64,000 bases of DNA from Octopus sinensis (taxonomy: Eukaryota), in NCBI RefSeq assembly GCF_006345805.1, contig NC_042998.1, positions 164,114,001-164,178,000 on the forward strand, given 5' to 3'. Shown piece after piece: positions 26,169 to 38,784 of this stretch. Positions within the stretch are counted from its first letter, which is position 1; each line of letters starts with the position of its first letter. The notes under the pieces are model-generated. The model was not told where the DNA came from. It saw nothing but the letters and a program-made list of their open reading frames with translations, and did not search any database. The translations under genes were made by a program, and so were the position numbers.

Positions 26169-26199
26169 AATGTATAGGGCGAGCTTCTACACAGTTCCT

Positions 26200-26690
26200 G
26201 TCTAGCCCAGAGCACCCTACAAACACGCGTACTCTTAACGTAGTTCTCAATGCGAGCCAGCGTGACAGATTGTGACAAGGCTGGCCCTTTGAAGTACAAG
26301 TACTACTCATTTTTGGAGCAACGTGAAATATAACAACGTGAAGGCGGCGATCTGGCAGAAACGTTAGCACGCCGGGCGAAATGCGTAGCCGCATTTCGTC
26401 TGCCGCTGCGTTCTGAGTTCAAATCCCGCCGAGGTCGACTTTGCCTTTCATCCTTTCGAGGTCGATCAATTAAGTACCAGTTACGCACTGGGGTCGATAT
26501 AATCGACTTAATCCGTTTGTCTGTCCTTGTTTGTCTCCTCTACGTTGAGCTCCTTGTGGGCAAAAAAGAAATAAGAAATAAGAAACGTGAAATAAAGCTT
26601 ATTGCTCATGGGCACAACGCGCTGCCAGGTATCGAACTCACAACCTTTCGATCATGAGCTGAATTCCTTAACTAACCACTAGGCCATACA
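26200..26690 (-). mobile_element. SINE family C interrupted by a SINE family B copy (26341-26585, plus strand)
   Basis: The family C sequence AACGTGAAATA is repeated on both sides of the B copy (~26320-26330 and ~26584-26594). Confidence 0.8.
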
Positions 26691-27304
26691 CCTTTTCTTC
26701 TGTATGTTTATACCGTTTACTTCTGTTATATTTCATAAAACTGGAAATATTTCTATACAGTGTGGTCAGTGCCAGCGATAAAAAAAACAGTATAATTAAC
26801 TGACAGAAAATGCCTACATTGTCAGTTGAACATCCGTTTGCTTGATATAGACTGCTTTTGTAGATACATTAGCGTGTAGGGATTTGCACGACCCTGGCGG
26901 CAGTACTTAATTATTTTATAAACGTAAGGTCAGTCTGCCCTCGTATCGTTTTCCGTCTTTGCGACTGGCCTTTCTTCTCTTTTTTTTTTTTCCTCATATT
27001 TTCTCTTTTCTGTGTTATTTTCTTTTTTTCACCTTTTATTTTTCATTTTTATTTTTTTTAGTTTTTTTTTTTTTTTGCTTTGTTTGTTTCTCCACCCTTC
27101 ATCCCGGGTGATATTTGAAGTGACGGGTAGTTAGGCGAAAATTAGACGGAAAGGACGAAACTTTGTCTGGTAGCATCAAAGAAATCTGACGTTAATTCAA
27201 GGAGAAGCTGTTGACTGCACACGTGCTCGCGCATACACGTACACGAACACGCACTCTGAGCCATGTGAGTATTTTACGCATACACATACCACATAACATA
27301 CGCG

Positions 27305-28500
27305 CACGCACTTACGTTTAAATATATACATTTATATCGTACACAAATAAACTAATGCTCGTACACACACATTCACGTACATATACAAACGCACGCACAT
27401 TAAAACGCATATATAGAAACCATGCACACGCACACACGCACGCACACACACACACGCACGCACACACACACACACACACACAAAAACATAGAGAGACACG
27501 AATATGCACGTGCATTCTCGAGCACACATTAACTCACTCAAGTGAACAAGCAAAATCAGACACACAAACATATTGACCATCACACACGCACACTGACACC
27601 CTACACACACACACCCACATAAATACACATACATACACACACACACACACACTCACACACACATAGAAACATAGAGACACGAATATGCACTCGCGCACAC
27701 ATTAACTCACGCAAGTGAAGAAGTAAAATCACATATACACAAACACATTGACCAGCACACGCACACAAGCTCTCTCTCTCTCTCTCTTTCTCTCCTTCTC
27801 TCTCCCTCTTTCTCTATCTATCTCTAACTCCGCACACACACACACACACACAAACATAGACAGACACGAATACGCACGAGCATTCTCGCGCACACATTAG
27901 CTCACACAAGTGAACAAGCAAGATATCGACGTGCTCACTGCTCCATATGTCTCTATGACTATGCGTTTATGAGTATGACTTTATATATGTGAATGAGTGT
28001 GTGTATTCACGTGTTGGTGTATGTGAGCGCAAGCTGGTCTGGAAAGGCGCCAATAAATAGGTTTGCATGTGAATCTGTTTTTTGCATACGTTTGTGTACG
28101 AGCACTCACGCGTATACGTGAATGCGTGTGTGTGTGAGTGTGTGTGTGCGTGAGTGTGTGCGTGCGCGTGTGTGCGCGTGTGTGTGTGTATATATTGAAT
28201 GTGTGTGTGCGTATGTCAGTGTGTGTGTGTGTATATGTGTATGTGTATGTGTGTTAGTGTGCGTGTATGTGTGATTTTGCTTGTCCACTAGTGTGAGTTC
28301 ATGTGTGCACGAGGATGTGAGTGCATATTCGTGTCTGTCTGCTTGTGTATGTGTGTGTCTGTGTGCGTGCGTGGTTTCTTATAGTTGCATATAAGTATCT
28401 TAATTTACGTACGTTTATATATGTACGTGAATGTGTGTGTACGCGCATTAGTTTATTTGATTGTATACGACATGTGTATATATTTAAACGTATGTGTGTG
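27305..28500. repeat. Large diverged inverted duplication with three direct copies of a ~70 bp core
   Basis: 27310-27600 matches the reverse complement of ~28240-28495 (CGTTTAAATATATAC, CAAATAAACTAATGC, CACACACATTCACGTACATAT, GACACGAATATGCAC, ACAAGCAAAATCA). The core is repeated at ~27485, ~27665 and ~27855. Confidence 0.85.
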
Positions 28501-29431
28501 TAAATGACTGAATGAAGATGTGTGTGTGCATATGTGTGTGAGTGTGTATGGCACGTGGTATGTGTATATGTAGAAGCCCGTCATATATATCTGTATGTGT
28601 GGGGTGAGTTTTGTGTGTTGGGAGAGAGAGTGTGTATGTGTTTGTGTGTGTGTGTGTGTGTGTATATCTCTATGTTTTGTGTTTGCCTTCCCACCGCTTC
28701 ACAACCGGTGTCGGTTTGTTTACGTCACGCCACTTAGCAGCTCGACAAAAGAAGCCAATCGATAGAATAAGTATCAAGCTTAAAAATAAGTCATGGGGTT
28801 TGATTTGTTCAGCGCAGTGACCCAGCATGCTCGCAGTACAATCACTGAAACAAGTAAAAGACAAAACATTAATAATCAAACAGAATCATTATAGAGTCTC
28901 AGAATACCACGCGGTACTTGATCCGACTGTGTGCATTCGACGATCAACTTTTTCTTTTATCGTTTTAAGGCTGATAAAAATGAAGTACTAATCCAGGGCA
29001 GTGGACAAACGGAGATTTGCATTGTTGTATATGCCGTGTTGTATATGTTCCGATTATCTGCGCTTAGAGTTCAAAATGCAACTTGGCATACTTGAGTGGT
29101 AGAATTGATCCGTCATCGTAGTTACATCATAGCAGAGTCTATTCCATTGCAAAAAGTTTGAGTTCATCCTAGCAGTTTTGTGGACAAGAGAGACTATTGC
29201 TGTTGCAGTTATTTTCTTTTATTTTTTCTCTCTTTATCTGTTTCAGTCATTGGACTGCAGCTATCTGGAAGCCGATAATAAATCTATAAACAAACAGCCT
29301 GTTGGGCTAAAAATCCCTTTAGCTAGGAAAAATCGAAGGCTGCCTTCGGCTTTTTTCTGTTCAAAGGGTAGCTAGCGAACTTCTGAGTGCAGAACTGGGA
29401 AATGATGTTTAATCCTTTGTCTTTGCCGAAA

Positions 29432-30742
29432 TCTCTCTCTATATATAAGGCAGTTTGTCTGTCTGTCTGTCTATCTATCTGTCTGTCAGGTTGTACCCTC
29501 ACCCTGACCACGGCTTTCAACCGATTCTGATGAAACTTGACACACACATAGCCCAATGTCATAATTCAAAACTAACGCAGCGAAAATTTTGAAAAGTTCC
29601 CCCAGTTCTGAAAAAAATCGATATGGGGTCGAGAATCTAAGCTTAGCCCAAAGTCATAATTCAAAACTAACACAGCGAAAATTTTGAAAAGTTCCCCCAG
29701 TTCTGAAAAAAATCGATATGGGGTCGAGAATCTAAGCTTAGCCCAAAGTCATAATTCAAAACTAACACAGCGAAAATTTTGAAAAGTTCCCCCAGTTCTG
29801 AAAAAAATCGATATGGGGTCGAGAATCTAAGCTTAGCCCAAAGTCATAATTCAAAACTAACACAGCGAAAATTTTGAAAAGTTCCCCCAGTTCTGAAAAA
29901 AATCGATATGGGGTCGAGAATCTAAGCTTATCATGTGCAACACATTTTCCGTTGTAGTTTTCGCAACTTGCAATCGATTTTCACCAAACTCATGGTGAGG
30001 CTTAATGTTACCCTAAGGAACTTAATTCTGACGTTAGTTTTCCATGCAATACCTTACCATCAGAAAAAATCGATAAAATCATACCATTTTGGGAAATCGC
30101 GTTCAAATTCAACATGACATATTTTCGACAATATCTTTAACAAATTGGCAGGAATTTTTTTGAAATTCACAGCGAGCATCATGTCTGCTCCAAGGAGCTA
30201 TATGGCCCTTTTGATTCCAATAGGATACGTTATTACTGGAAAAATCGGTTAATTACATCATATGTGGCATACATAGCAAACCGATTTTTCTGCGATATTT
30301 TTTGAAAGTTCACATAGATTTTCCCTACAGCGATGTTGGACATCAAGTTTGCATTAAATGTCAAACTAACGACCTTTTGTCAATGCAGTTAACAAGTATT
30401 GGGAGAAATCGACAAAACCATATCACTTTGAGACCGACCATGCGAACTCTACAAAACTGACTTTTGTTAAATAGTTGGCGGATTTCGGGCGATTTAGTCG
30501 ATTTTTGCCGCTTTTATCATAAAGGTTACTAGAAATGGCATATGTTTTCCTTTTGCTTCAAATCCGAGCAATGTTGGGCTGTAGTCATGCATGCAAGGGA
30601 ACGGTGCCTTGAATGCCTTAATGCATTTTAGGTTCATTTTACAAAATAACGGTTCAATGAGTACAAAAAAGGGTAAAAAGGTAAAGGGCATTGCTTATCG
30701 ACAATGTTTCTTACATACCCGAGCAACGCCGAGCAGTTTTGC
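29432..30742 (+). mobile_element. Non-autonomous Helitron-like element containing a 95 bp tandem array
   Basis: A|TCTCTCTCTATATATAAG start, (GTCT)n and AACCGATTCTGATGAAACTT. The 3' CCCGAGCAACGCCGAGCA matches the Helitron end at 63882-63910. The terminal CTAG is missing. Confidence 0.7.
29551..29930. repeat. Four head-to-tail copies of a 95 bp unit
   Basis: Units start at 29551, 29646, 29741 and 29836. Copies 2-4 look identical and copy 1 differs at 2 positions. Confidence 0.97.
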
Positions 30743-31470
30743 ATTGAACTTCACATTGAGAATAAATTGATCAAGAACAAACTTCTTCTAAATACTAAGT
30801 TTGGAATATATCTTATTTTCTGGTGTGCTTTTCAAGTTCCTTGCTAATTAGAATCTTTGTAGTTATTTCGTCATTGTAAATTAATCCGTTACAGGTAAAC
30901 AACTGTGCTTTTCTACCAATATCGATCGATTCATCAACTTGTATTGCGAATTTACAATCTATCATACTCTCGGAAAGACGCTTCTCAATATTAGCTGGCA
31001 TACCAACTATTCTTCTGCTAATTGTATTATCAAACAAAGAAATTTTCATAACTCACCGTTTAGTATTCATCACCAAAGTTTTTACAATGAAGCTGCTGAC
31101 AGGCTGAATCAGGTTTTCACCTATTCAATCTGGTGTTGTCTAAAGAGCAATCAATCTAGCCACTTTGTAAGATACAATATGCATCTTACCTCAGACAGTC
31201 ACTTATCTTTCGATATATATTCGTTGGTATTTCTGCAGTTCCAAAAGTATTTCAAACTATTGATCAGATGACCAATAGTGTTTATCAGATGTTCATGCTT
31301 TGACTGCAGATGTCTTGACGTTACTTGGGACCATATTGGAAATGTAAAGCTTCTTACCACACGTGAAACACTGTCCGAAGTACAATTTCATCCCTAGTCC
31401 ACGAGAAACCGAAAGTCCTGTTGCAATTCATATAATTCATATAACTTAGATTTTGGGGTGTTTGCTTTGT
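30743..31470 (-). mobile_element. hAT (Buster/ZBED5-like) transposase relic
   Basis: The minus strand gives QCFTCGK...SNMVPSNVKRHLQSKH (N-terminal Zn-finger-like) and ISLFDNTISRRI...FAIQVDESID..KAQL (first catalytic D region), with frameshifts. Confidence 0.8.
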
Positions 31471-31612
31471 CAGTTGCTGATTTAGAACTTAAAGAGTCTT
31501 CTCTGACACTCTCGTTCTGATGGGAATCCTGTATCACAATGTGAACTCAGATCGTCCTCAGCAATACTTAATGATCTGGGTTTCAATCTGGGAAAATATT
31601 AATATCTATCCA

Positions 31613-31666
<54 letters not shown>

Positions 31667-31844
31667 ACACATACACACACACATACATACATACATACAT
31701 ACGCACACACACATACATAGATACATACACATACACACACACATACATACATACATACATACATACATACATACATACATACATACATACATACATACAT
31801 GCATGCATACATATATACATACATACACACATGCATACATAGAG

Positions 31845-32790
31845 CAGCACTCTTTGTCTGATAATCTGAAATACATGCCCAAAGAAGTCACACGACTCTA
31901 CCGCAACGTATCAGATGAAAGGATGAGCCTATATGAGCAGAAGACTATGCATGGATATGTTAGTAGAAAGCTCCGTGATGATAGTAACATCGATCTTCAA
32001 AGCAGTTTATCTTGGACCAATAGCCGGATTACTACCTCCCACTTCGATGGGTATGCGTTTGCAATCCAGGAACAGGAAATATCAACCAAGTACCTGATGC
32101 ACAAAAAGGATAAAAATGTAGGAAAGACGGTAAAATGTGACAACCGCTGCAGCCTTTGTGGAGTTCAAACTGAAGATATCGTTCACATCATAAGCAGTTG
32201 TTCGAAAATGTCATCACGGTATTATCTACCGATGAGACATGATGTCGTAGCTAGGACACTCTAGAATGAAATCCGTCGGAAGGATAATCCCGAGGACAAA
32301 GAAATAAGAACCCACAATATAGTAAAAGCCATAGCCACTCATAAAAAAAGGAATACTGGTGGAAATTGCCAGTGAAGACCTCAATAAAATGTAAGCATAA
32401 CAGACCTGATATAATAATTTGGGATAGAGAAGAGAAACTGTGCACAGTTGTGAAAATTAGCTGCCCATCGGATGTTAACATAGAGATGAAGATTAATTAA
32501 AAATGAGAACACCTATGCTGAACTACTGAGAAATCTGCAGTTGCTCTATCTAGATTACAAGTTCAGGTTTATACCTGTAATTATTGGGGCCCTGGGGTAT
32601 GTAACACACTGCTTAAATACCAATCTTGAGAGATTAGGCTTCTCAAAACCAGAAAGGAGAAACTAATTCGAAAATTACAAATCCAATCCATCACTGGAAC
32701 TGTAAAAATCTGTAAAACTTTCCAGAAGTTTATCATTTAAATATATATGAGCAAGTCTAGATGCAAGACTTTTATCAGGTTTAAAATGTA
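31845..32790 (+). mobile_element. R4/Dong-clade (RLE) non-LTR retrotransposon, 5'-truncated and decayed
   Basis: KTMHGY, AIQEQEISTKY, the CCHC knuckle CSLCGVQTEDIVHIISSC, RHDVVA, NRPDIIIWD (PD..D/E nuclease), FIPVIIGALG and SITGTVKICKTF. Confidence 0.9.
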
Positions 32791-32924
32791 ACATCAAGGA
32801 GTCTCGGTCGAGCCGTTTCGGGGTGATAAATTAAGTACCAGTTGCATACTGTGGTCGATCTAATCGACTGGACCCCTTCCCCAAAATTCCGGGCCTTGTG
32901 CCTAGAATAGAAAAGAATATCAAT

Positions 32925-34358
32925 CGTAACTGTGTGGTAAGAAGCTTTCTTCCCAAGCACATGGTTCCGGTTTCGGTCACACTGCGTGGCACCTTGGGCA
33001 AGTGTATTCTACTATAGCCTCGAGCTATGTATGAATGTGTGCATGTATGTATGTATATATGTATGTATATATGTATGTATATATGTAAGCGCCTCTGGAG
33101 TCGGCGAGACATATGCAGAAAGACAAAGATAAAGGTGTACAAGGCATGTGTGCTCCCTTCTCTTCTCTATGCCTGTGAGACGTGGATCACATATCGATAC
33201 CACCTTAAACAACTGGAGCGTTTCCATCAGATGTGCCTCAGACGGATCTATAGCATTAAGTGGAAGGACCGCATCAGTGATCTTGAAATACTCGAAGGCT
33301 CTCGGTGTGAAAGTATAGAAGCTCTTTTGTTAAAGCAAAGGCTCAGATGTAGTGGTCATCTGGTCAGAATGAAGGATTCAAGGATGCCAAAACAACTCTT
33401 TTATGGAGAGTTAGCTAAAGGAGAACGACCTCCACATAAGCCAAAAAAGAGGTATAAGGACTTACTGAAGGCTTCCTTAAAAGATACTTGTATCTCTTCT
33501 GACACATGGGAAGGCATAGCTATTGATCGTAGCAGGTGGAGAAGGATTGTGCATGAGGGGACAGCCACGTTTGAGAAATCTCGAGTTGCACATGAGAAAG
33601 TAAGGAGGGATGTCAGGAAGGGCATCACTGTTACACTTCCAGATGGGAAGGGTCTTCCTTTGATTCTGATATACAATGTCTGTGCAAGACCCTGCCTCAG
33701 TAAAGCTGGACTCATGAGTCATCTTCGTAGTCATAAAACGAGACAGATGAGTGAGAACCTGACCACTGGTGGTGGTGTAACACACCATACTAATCATATC
33801 TGTCGGGCATGTGGAAGAGAGTGTAATTCGGCAGGAGGACTTATACGACATGCAAAGGTACATGAAAACCAGTTACAACTACAGCCGGCTATTACCAGTA
33901 GTAAAGGTTTTAGTTGCCAATTTTGTACAAGACATTGTAGATCTTTAGCTGGGCTAAAAAGTCACATTCGATCACAGCACCAGTAACAGTTAAGCTTCGT
34001 GCAATGGCCATACTCGATAACGAGGGGCCAGCCATAATAATGTATGTATGTATGTATGTATGTATGTATGTATGTATGTATGTATGTATGTATGTATGTA
34101 TGTATGTATCAATGTGTCTATGTGTATATATCTGTGTTTGCGTCGTTGAGTTTGTTTATGTCCTCCGTTACCGTTTGACAACCGGTATTGGTGTGTTTAC
34201 GTCCTCGTAACTTAGCAGTTCGTCAAGATAAACCGATAGAATAAGTACTAGATTTACAAAGAATAAGTTTTGGAGTCGATCTTTTCGTCTAAAAAATCTT
34301 TTAAAGCGGTACTCCAGCATGGTCGCAGTCATATGACTGAAACAAGTAAAAGAATAAA
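32925..34358 (+). mobile_element. SINE family A split by an RTE insertion (5' part 32925-33024, 3' part ~34121-34358)
   Basis: The head and CORE-like box lie before the RTE; the TTGACAACCG...TGACTGAAACAAGTAAAAGA half lies after it. Confidence 0.75.
33087..34041 (+). mobile_element. 5'-truncated RTE-clade LINE: open RT-thumb/C-terminal frame with three C2H2-like fingers, short 3' UTR
   Basis: TKIKVYKACVLPSLLYACETW, LERFHQMCLRRI, GHLVRM..R.PKQLFYGEL and DRSRWR are typical RTE motifs. The stop is at 33984-33986. The 3' stem-loop TGGCCATACTCGATAACGAGGGGCCA is followed by a TAATAAT tail. Confidence 0.92.
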
Positions 34359-35084
34359 ACAATAACTGGTCACGCTTGGCAATCCAGCCGGAAAGTCAGT
34401 CCAACGACGGCTGCTTCTCATTTAGGTCTATGGAGGACTCTACCCACCTCCGTTCACTAAGAATAGTGGGCAGGAAAGATAGATTGATAGACTAACCTGA
34501 AGGAGATTTGTCTGCAATTTTAAGCAGGTCTATCTACGGCGCAGAGGCACCCTCGCTAGTTGTACTATTGATGGGGGTGAATGGGTTGTATAGATCCAGG
34601 TCAACACTAATAAATTAGATCTATAATCAAAAAGACCGTCTTCCTCACGGTGAATCGTTTCTAAATTTAAGATCATGAGAATATGATTTGAATGTGATTT
34701 TGCTGCTGTTTCTAACAAATCAAAAGTCCATCTATAGGAGTTATCGTTGGTTTATACTTCTGGTAACTGTTGTCATTGTTTTAGTAGAGCAGTTAGTGCA
34801 ACGGACAAAATGCTTAGCAGCATTTTTTCCGGCCCTTTACGCTCTGAGTTCAAATTCCGCCGAGGTTGACTTTATCCTTCATTCTTTCGAGGTCCGTATG
34901 CTCTTTTGTTTTATAAAACAGTTATGTCTATTTTCTTTTGGTGTACAAAACAGTAAGGTGTGACTTGAAGATTAGGCTGCTGTTTCTAGCAGATCGATGA
35001 TCAAAGTAAAGGCTTCTTCTTGTTTTGTCTGAAATGAAATATTGTAGTATTTCATTTTTTTTGAGAGACAACACATTCACTTTT

Positions 35085-35098
35085 ACTTCTCTCTCTCC

Positions 35099-35154
<56 letters not shown>

Positions 35155-35473
35155 TTCACACACACACACAAACACACACACACTCACTCACTCTATCTCT
35201 CCCTCTCTCTCACTCTCACTCATTCACTGTATCCCTCCCTCTCCCTCTCTCTTTCACACACTCACTCACTCACTCTATCCCTCCTTCTCTCTCTTACTCA
35301 TACTGTTTCTCTCTCTCTTTCACTCAGTCTCTCTCTCTCTCACTGTTTTTCCCTCTCTCTCTCTCACTATCTGCCTCTCAATTATTCTTCTGTTTCTGTC
35401 ATTCCCCTTCTCTCTCCCTTACTCATATTCTTCCTTTCCCCCTCTCTCTCTCTCTCTTACTCTCTCTCTCTCT

Positions 35474-35522
<49 letters not shown>

Positions 35523-36044
35523 TAACCCATCACTTCATTCACATTCATTCTGGGTCTCAGTCATTCTCCCTAACACTTTCTATTGGTCTATTTTCTTTAA
35601 GTCACGCTTCACTTACTCTCTTGAGTTCTTTCACAAATCCACACGCTTTCCCTCCTCCTTCAGTTTCATATTATTTCACAGCTCTCTCTCTCTCTCTCCC
35701 TCACCCCTCTCTCTCCTTTTCTTTCTCTCTCTCTATCGCTCTCTCTTTCATTCTATCTATACTCTTTCTTTCACTCTCCTCGCTTTGTTACTCATTCACT
35801 GAATCTTTCATTCGATCACTCAGCTATTATACTACTTTTAATTTGATCACTTTCATTCACACACATACACACACACACACACACAGAATTGCACTCTTTC
35901 ACTTGTACTTTCTCTTAATCCCCCTCACGAAGACTATGTTTCTTTCATCTTTTGTCACTATCTCTATATCAAACATTCTTTCTCCCGGTCTCTCTCTTCC
36001 TCTTTCGCTCCCTTTATTTCTCGATCCAGCTTTCTATCTATCTC

Positions 36045-36097
<53 letters not shown>

Positions 36098-37130
36098 TAA
36101 TAATCCGCATGCACACCCACACACACACACACAATCTTCCCTCCCAGTTTTCTCTCTCTCTCTCTCTCTCTCTGTCTTCCACACTCTCTCTCTCTCTCTC
36201 TCTGTCTTCCACACTCTCTCATTGCCCACTTTTTCTCAATAACCCTACACACACACACACACACACATCTCATTTACGTATACATTCGCACAGACCTTCC
36301 TCACATGCATACACATATCTACACACATTCTCTCGTTTTCTTCTCGTCTTCTTGCTCTCCCTCACTCCCACCGTTCCTCTCCAACTCCTCGATTTGTCTT
36401 ACTCTGTGTCTGTTCATACCGCCACTCAATAATGGGCACATACATATGCTCTCTCCCTCTCTCTCTCTCTCTCACTCACATACACGCACATACACACACA
36501 TATGCACACACACATACACACAAACACTCTCTCTCTCTCCCACTCTCCTCCCCTTTCTCTCTTACACAGGCACTCTCTATTTCTCTCCCGTTCTCTCACT
36601 TCTCTGCTCTCCCTTGCTTTGTCTTACATTTTCGCTATTCACGCTGCCTACTCACATATAATGGACACATACACTTCTTTCACTCTCTTTCTCTGTCTCT
36701 CTCTGTCTCTCTCTCTCTGTGTCTCTCTCTGTGTCTCTCTCTGTCTCTCTCTCTGTCTCTCTCTCTCTTGCAAACATTCTTCAGCTCTTATTCTTCTTTT
36801 ACAAACTCTCTTTATCTCTCTCTTACAAACACAAACACACACACACACACACACACACACTCTCTCTCTCTCTCTCTTTCTCACAAACATTATCTCTCCC
36901 TCATACACACACACTCCTTCTCTCACTTACACAATCTCTCTCTTTTCTCTCCTTCCCTCCACCTTCTCTCTCTCTCCTCTCCTTCCCTCCACCTTCTCTA
37001 TCTCTCTCTTTTCTCTCCTTCCCTCCACCTTCTCTCTCTCTCCTCTCCTTCCCTCCACCTTCTCTATCTCTCTCTTTTCTCTCCTTTCCTCCACCTTCTC
37101 TCTCTCTATCTATCTATCTCTTACTCTCTC
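35085..37130. repeat. ~2 kb pyrimidine-rich (CT/CA) low-complexity tract with a 30+36 bp higher-order repeat at 36949-37105
   Basis: Read directly from the sequence; CCTTCCCTCCACC starts at 36951, 36981, 37017 and 37047, with a one-mismatch copy at 37083. Confidence 0.92.
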
Positions 37131-37630
37131 AGCGGTACATCACCATAATAAATCCACACATTCACACACACTCTCCTTCCAACACTAAATTTCGATCCCT
37201 CACTCCCTCTCTATCTTTATCTACCTCTTACTCCCAGACCCTGAACTCAATTCCATTCACTAAAATCTCACCTCCACCTTCCAACCATCATCTACGCCAT
37301 TTCCATTATGGATACTATTTCCTGTGGACTATGACTCACAGCACCATCATAAAACGGTATCTCTTACCATTCCAAGACCATCGACAATTCGCGATCTTCC
37401 TCCATTGGTTTTGTTTCTTTGTTTGTTGGTTTCTTTGTTTGTTGGATTGTCTATTTGTTTGTTGGTTGTTGGTTTTCTTTGTTTATTTAGTCAATCTAAT
37501 TTAATTTATTCATTTGTCTATTAATTGTAATAAATCAAATGAACGAGTAAAGAAGCAAAGTGTGGATGGTAGGGGTAGAGTGGAGAGTCTGCGAGGAGAA
37601 AAAAATACATATACATACATGAGTGTGTGC

Positions 37631-37677
<47 letters not shown>

Positions 37678-37928
37678 CTACCTTTTAATTGTTTCAACCA
37701 ATTAGACTGCGGTCGTGCTGGGACACCGCCTTGAAGAATTTTGAGTCGAATGCATCGACCCCAGTACTAATCATTTTTTCCTTAAGCCTGGTGCTTATTC
37801 TAACCGATAAGTTACAGGGACGTAAACACACTAACACCGGTTGTCAAGCGGTAGTGGAGGACAGAGACACAAAGACATTTACACACATTCACATACACAT
37901 ATATGTACGACGGGTTTATATGTGTATG

Positions 37929-37979
<51 letters not shown>

Positions 37980-38269
37980 TCACACTGTACTCTTTCACCA
38001 CAACTTTCTTTCACTCTTACTTCCTGTTTCTGTTGTACCTGTATTTCAAAGGGCCGGCCTTGTCACACTCTGTATCACGCTGAATATCCCCGAGAACTAC
38101 GTTAAGGGTACACGTGTCTGTGGAGTGCTCAGCCACTTACACGTTAATTTCACGAGCAGGCTGTTCCGTTGATTCGGATCAACCGGAACCCTCGTCGTCG
38201 TAACCGACGGAGTGCTTCAATATTCACACACACACACAAACACACATGCATATAAGGGTACAGAACATC

Positions 38270-38440
38270 ACCAACAGTAAACAACATGAAATACGAAAAC
38301 AAATGAGTTCAATACACAAAAAAAAACGAAAGAAATAATGGAAAACAGGACAAGTAACACAAAGAACAACCCTTCATCAGTTGTCGGCTGTCTATCTACT
38401 CCTAATTTCGAGCAATGAACGACAATGTGAATCTTCGAAG
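38270..38440 (-). repeat. Unclassified interspersed family D (CAACTGATGAAGGG motif followed by a T-rich tract)
   Basis: Homologous stretches at 46690-46930 (+), 60720-60970 (+) and, 3' part only, 23940-24065 (-). Confidence 0.6.
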
Positions 38441-38589
38441 ACAGTTGCTCCCATAAGGATCTAAGTAAAATTCTGGATTTATGAACGATCAAAGTTGGGA
38501 CCGAAAACAAGACAGTGGAGACATACAAGGAAATCGAGGGAAAACAAACATGGAGGATCGTTAGACTAGAACGAATGGCCCCTGTGCTA

Positions 38590-38740
38590 GGACAATCCAA
38601 ACACGGACAGGTGTTGCAAAGAGTGACCGGTAGAGCGGAAATGGCGCGAGCCCGGGGTATCATTGTCGATTTGGATGTCTCGGAGGTGTTCCCGAACCGG
38701 TCAGCCAAGCGGCGTCCCGTTTGCTCGATGTATAGAGAAG

Positions 38741-38745
<5 letters not shown>
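38590..38745 (-). mobile_element. Penelope-like element GIY-YIG fragment
   Basis: The minus strand gives LCPSLYIEQTGRRLADRF..HLRDI..DNDTP..RHFRSTGHSL, the same family as 57560-57780. Confidence 0.85.

Positions 38746-38784
<39 letters not shown>

Noticed and set aside
29551-29930. CRISPR-like regular array
   Set aside because: The units are contiguous 95 bp copies with no unique spacers, no cas genes are present, and the context is eukaryotic.
38385-38440. Type II hammerhead in family D (GAAA...CTGATGA order)
   Set aside because: No convincing stem I or stem III could be drawn in any of the three copies.
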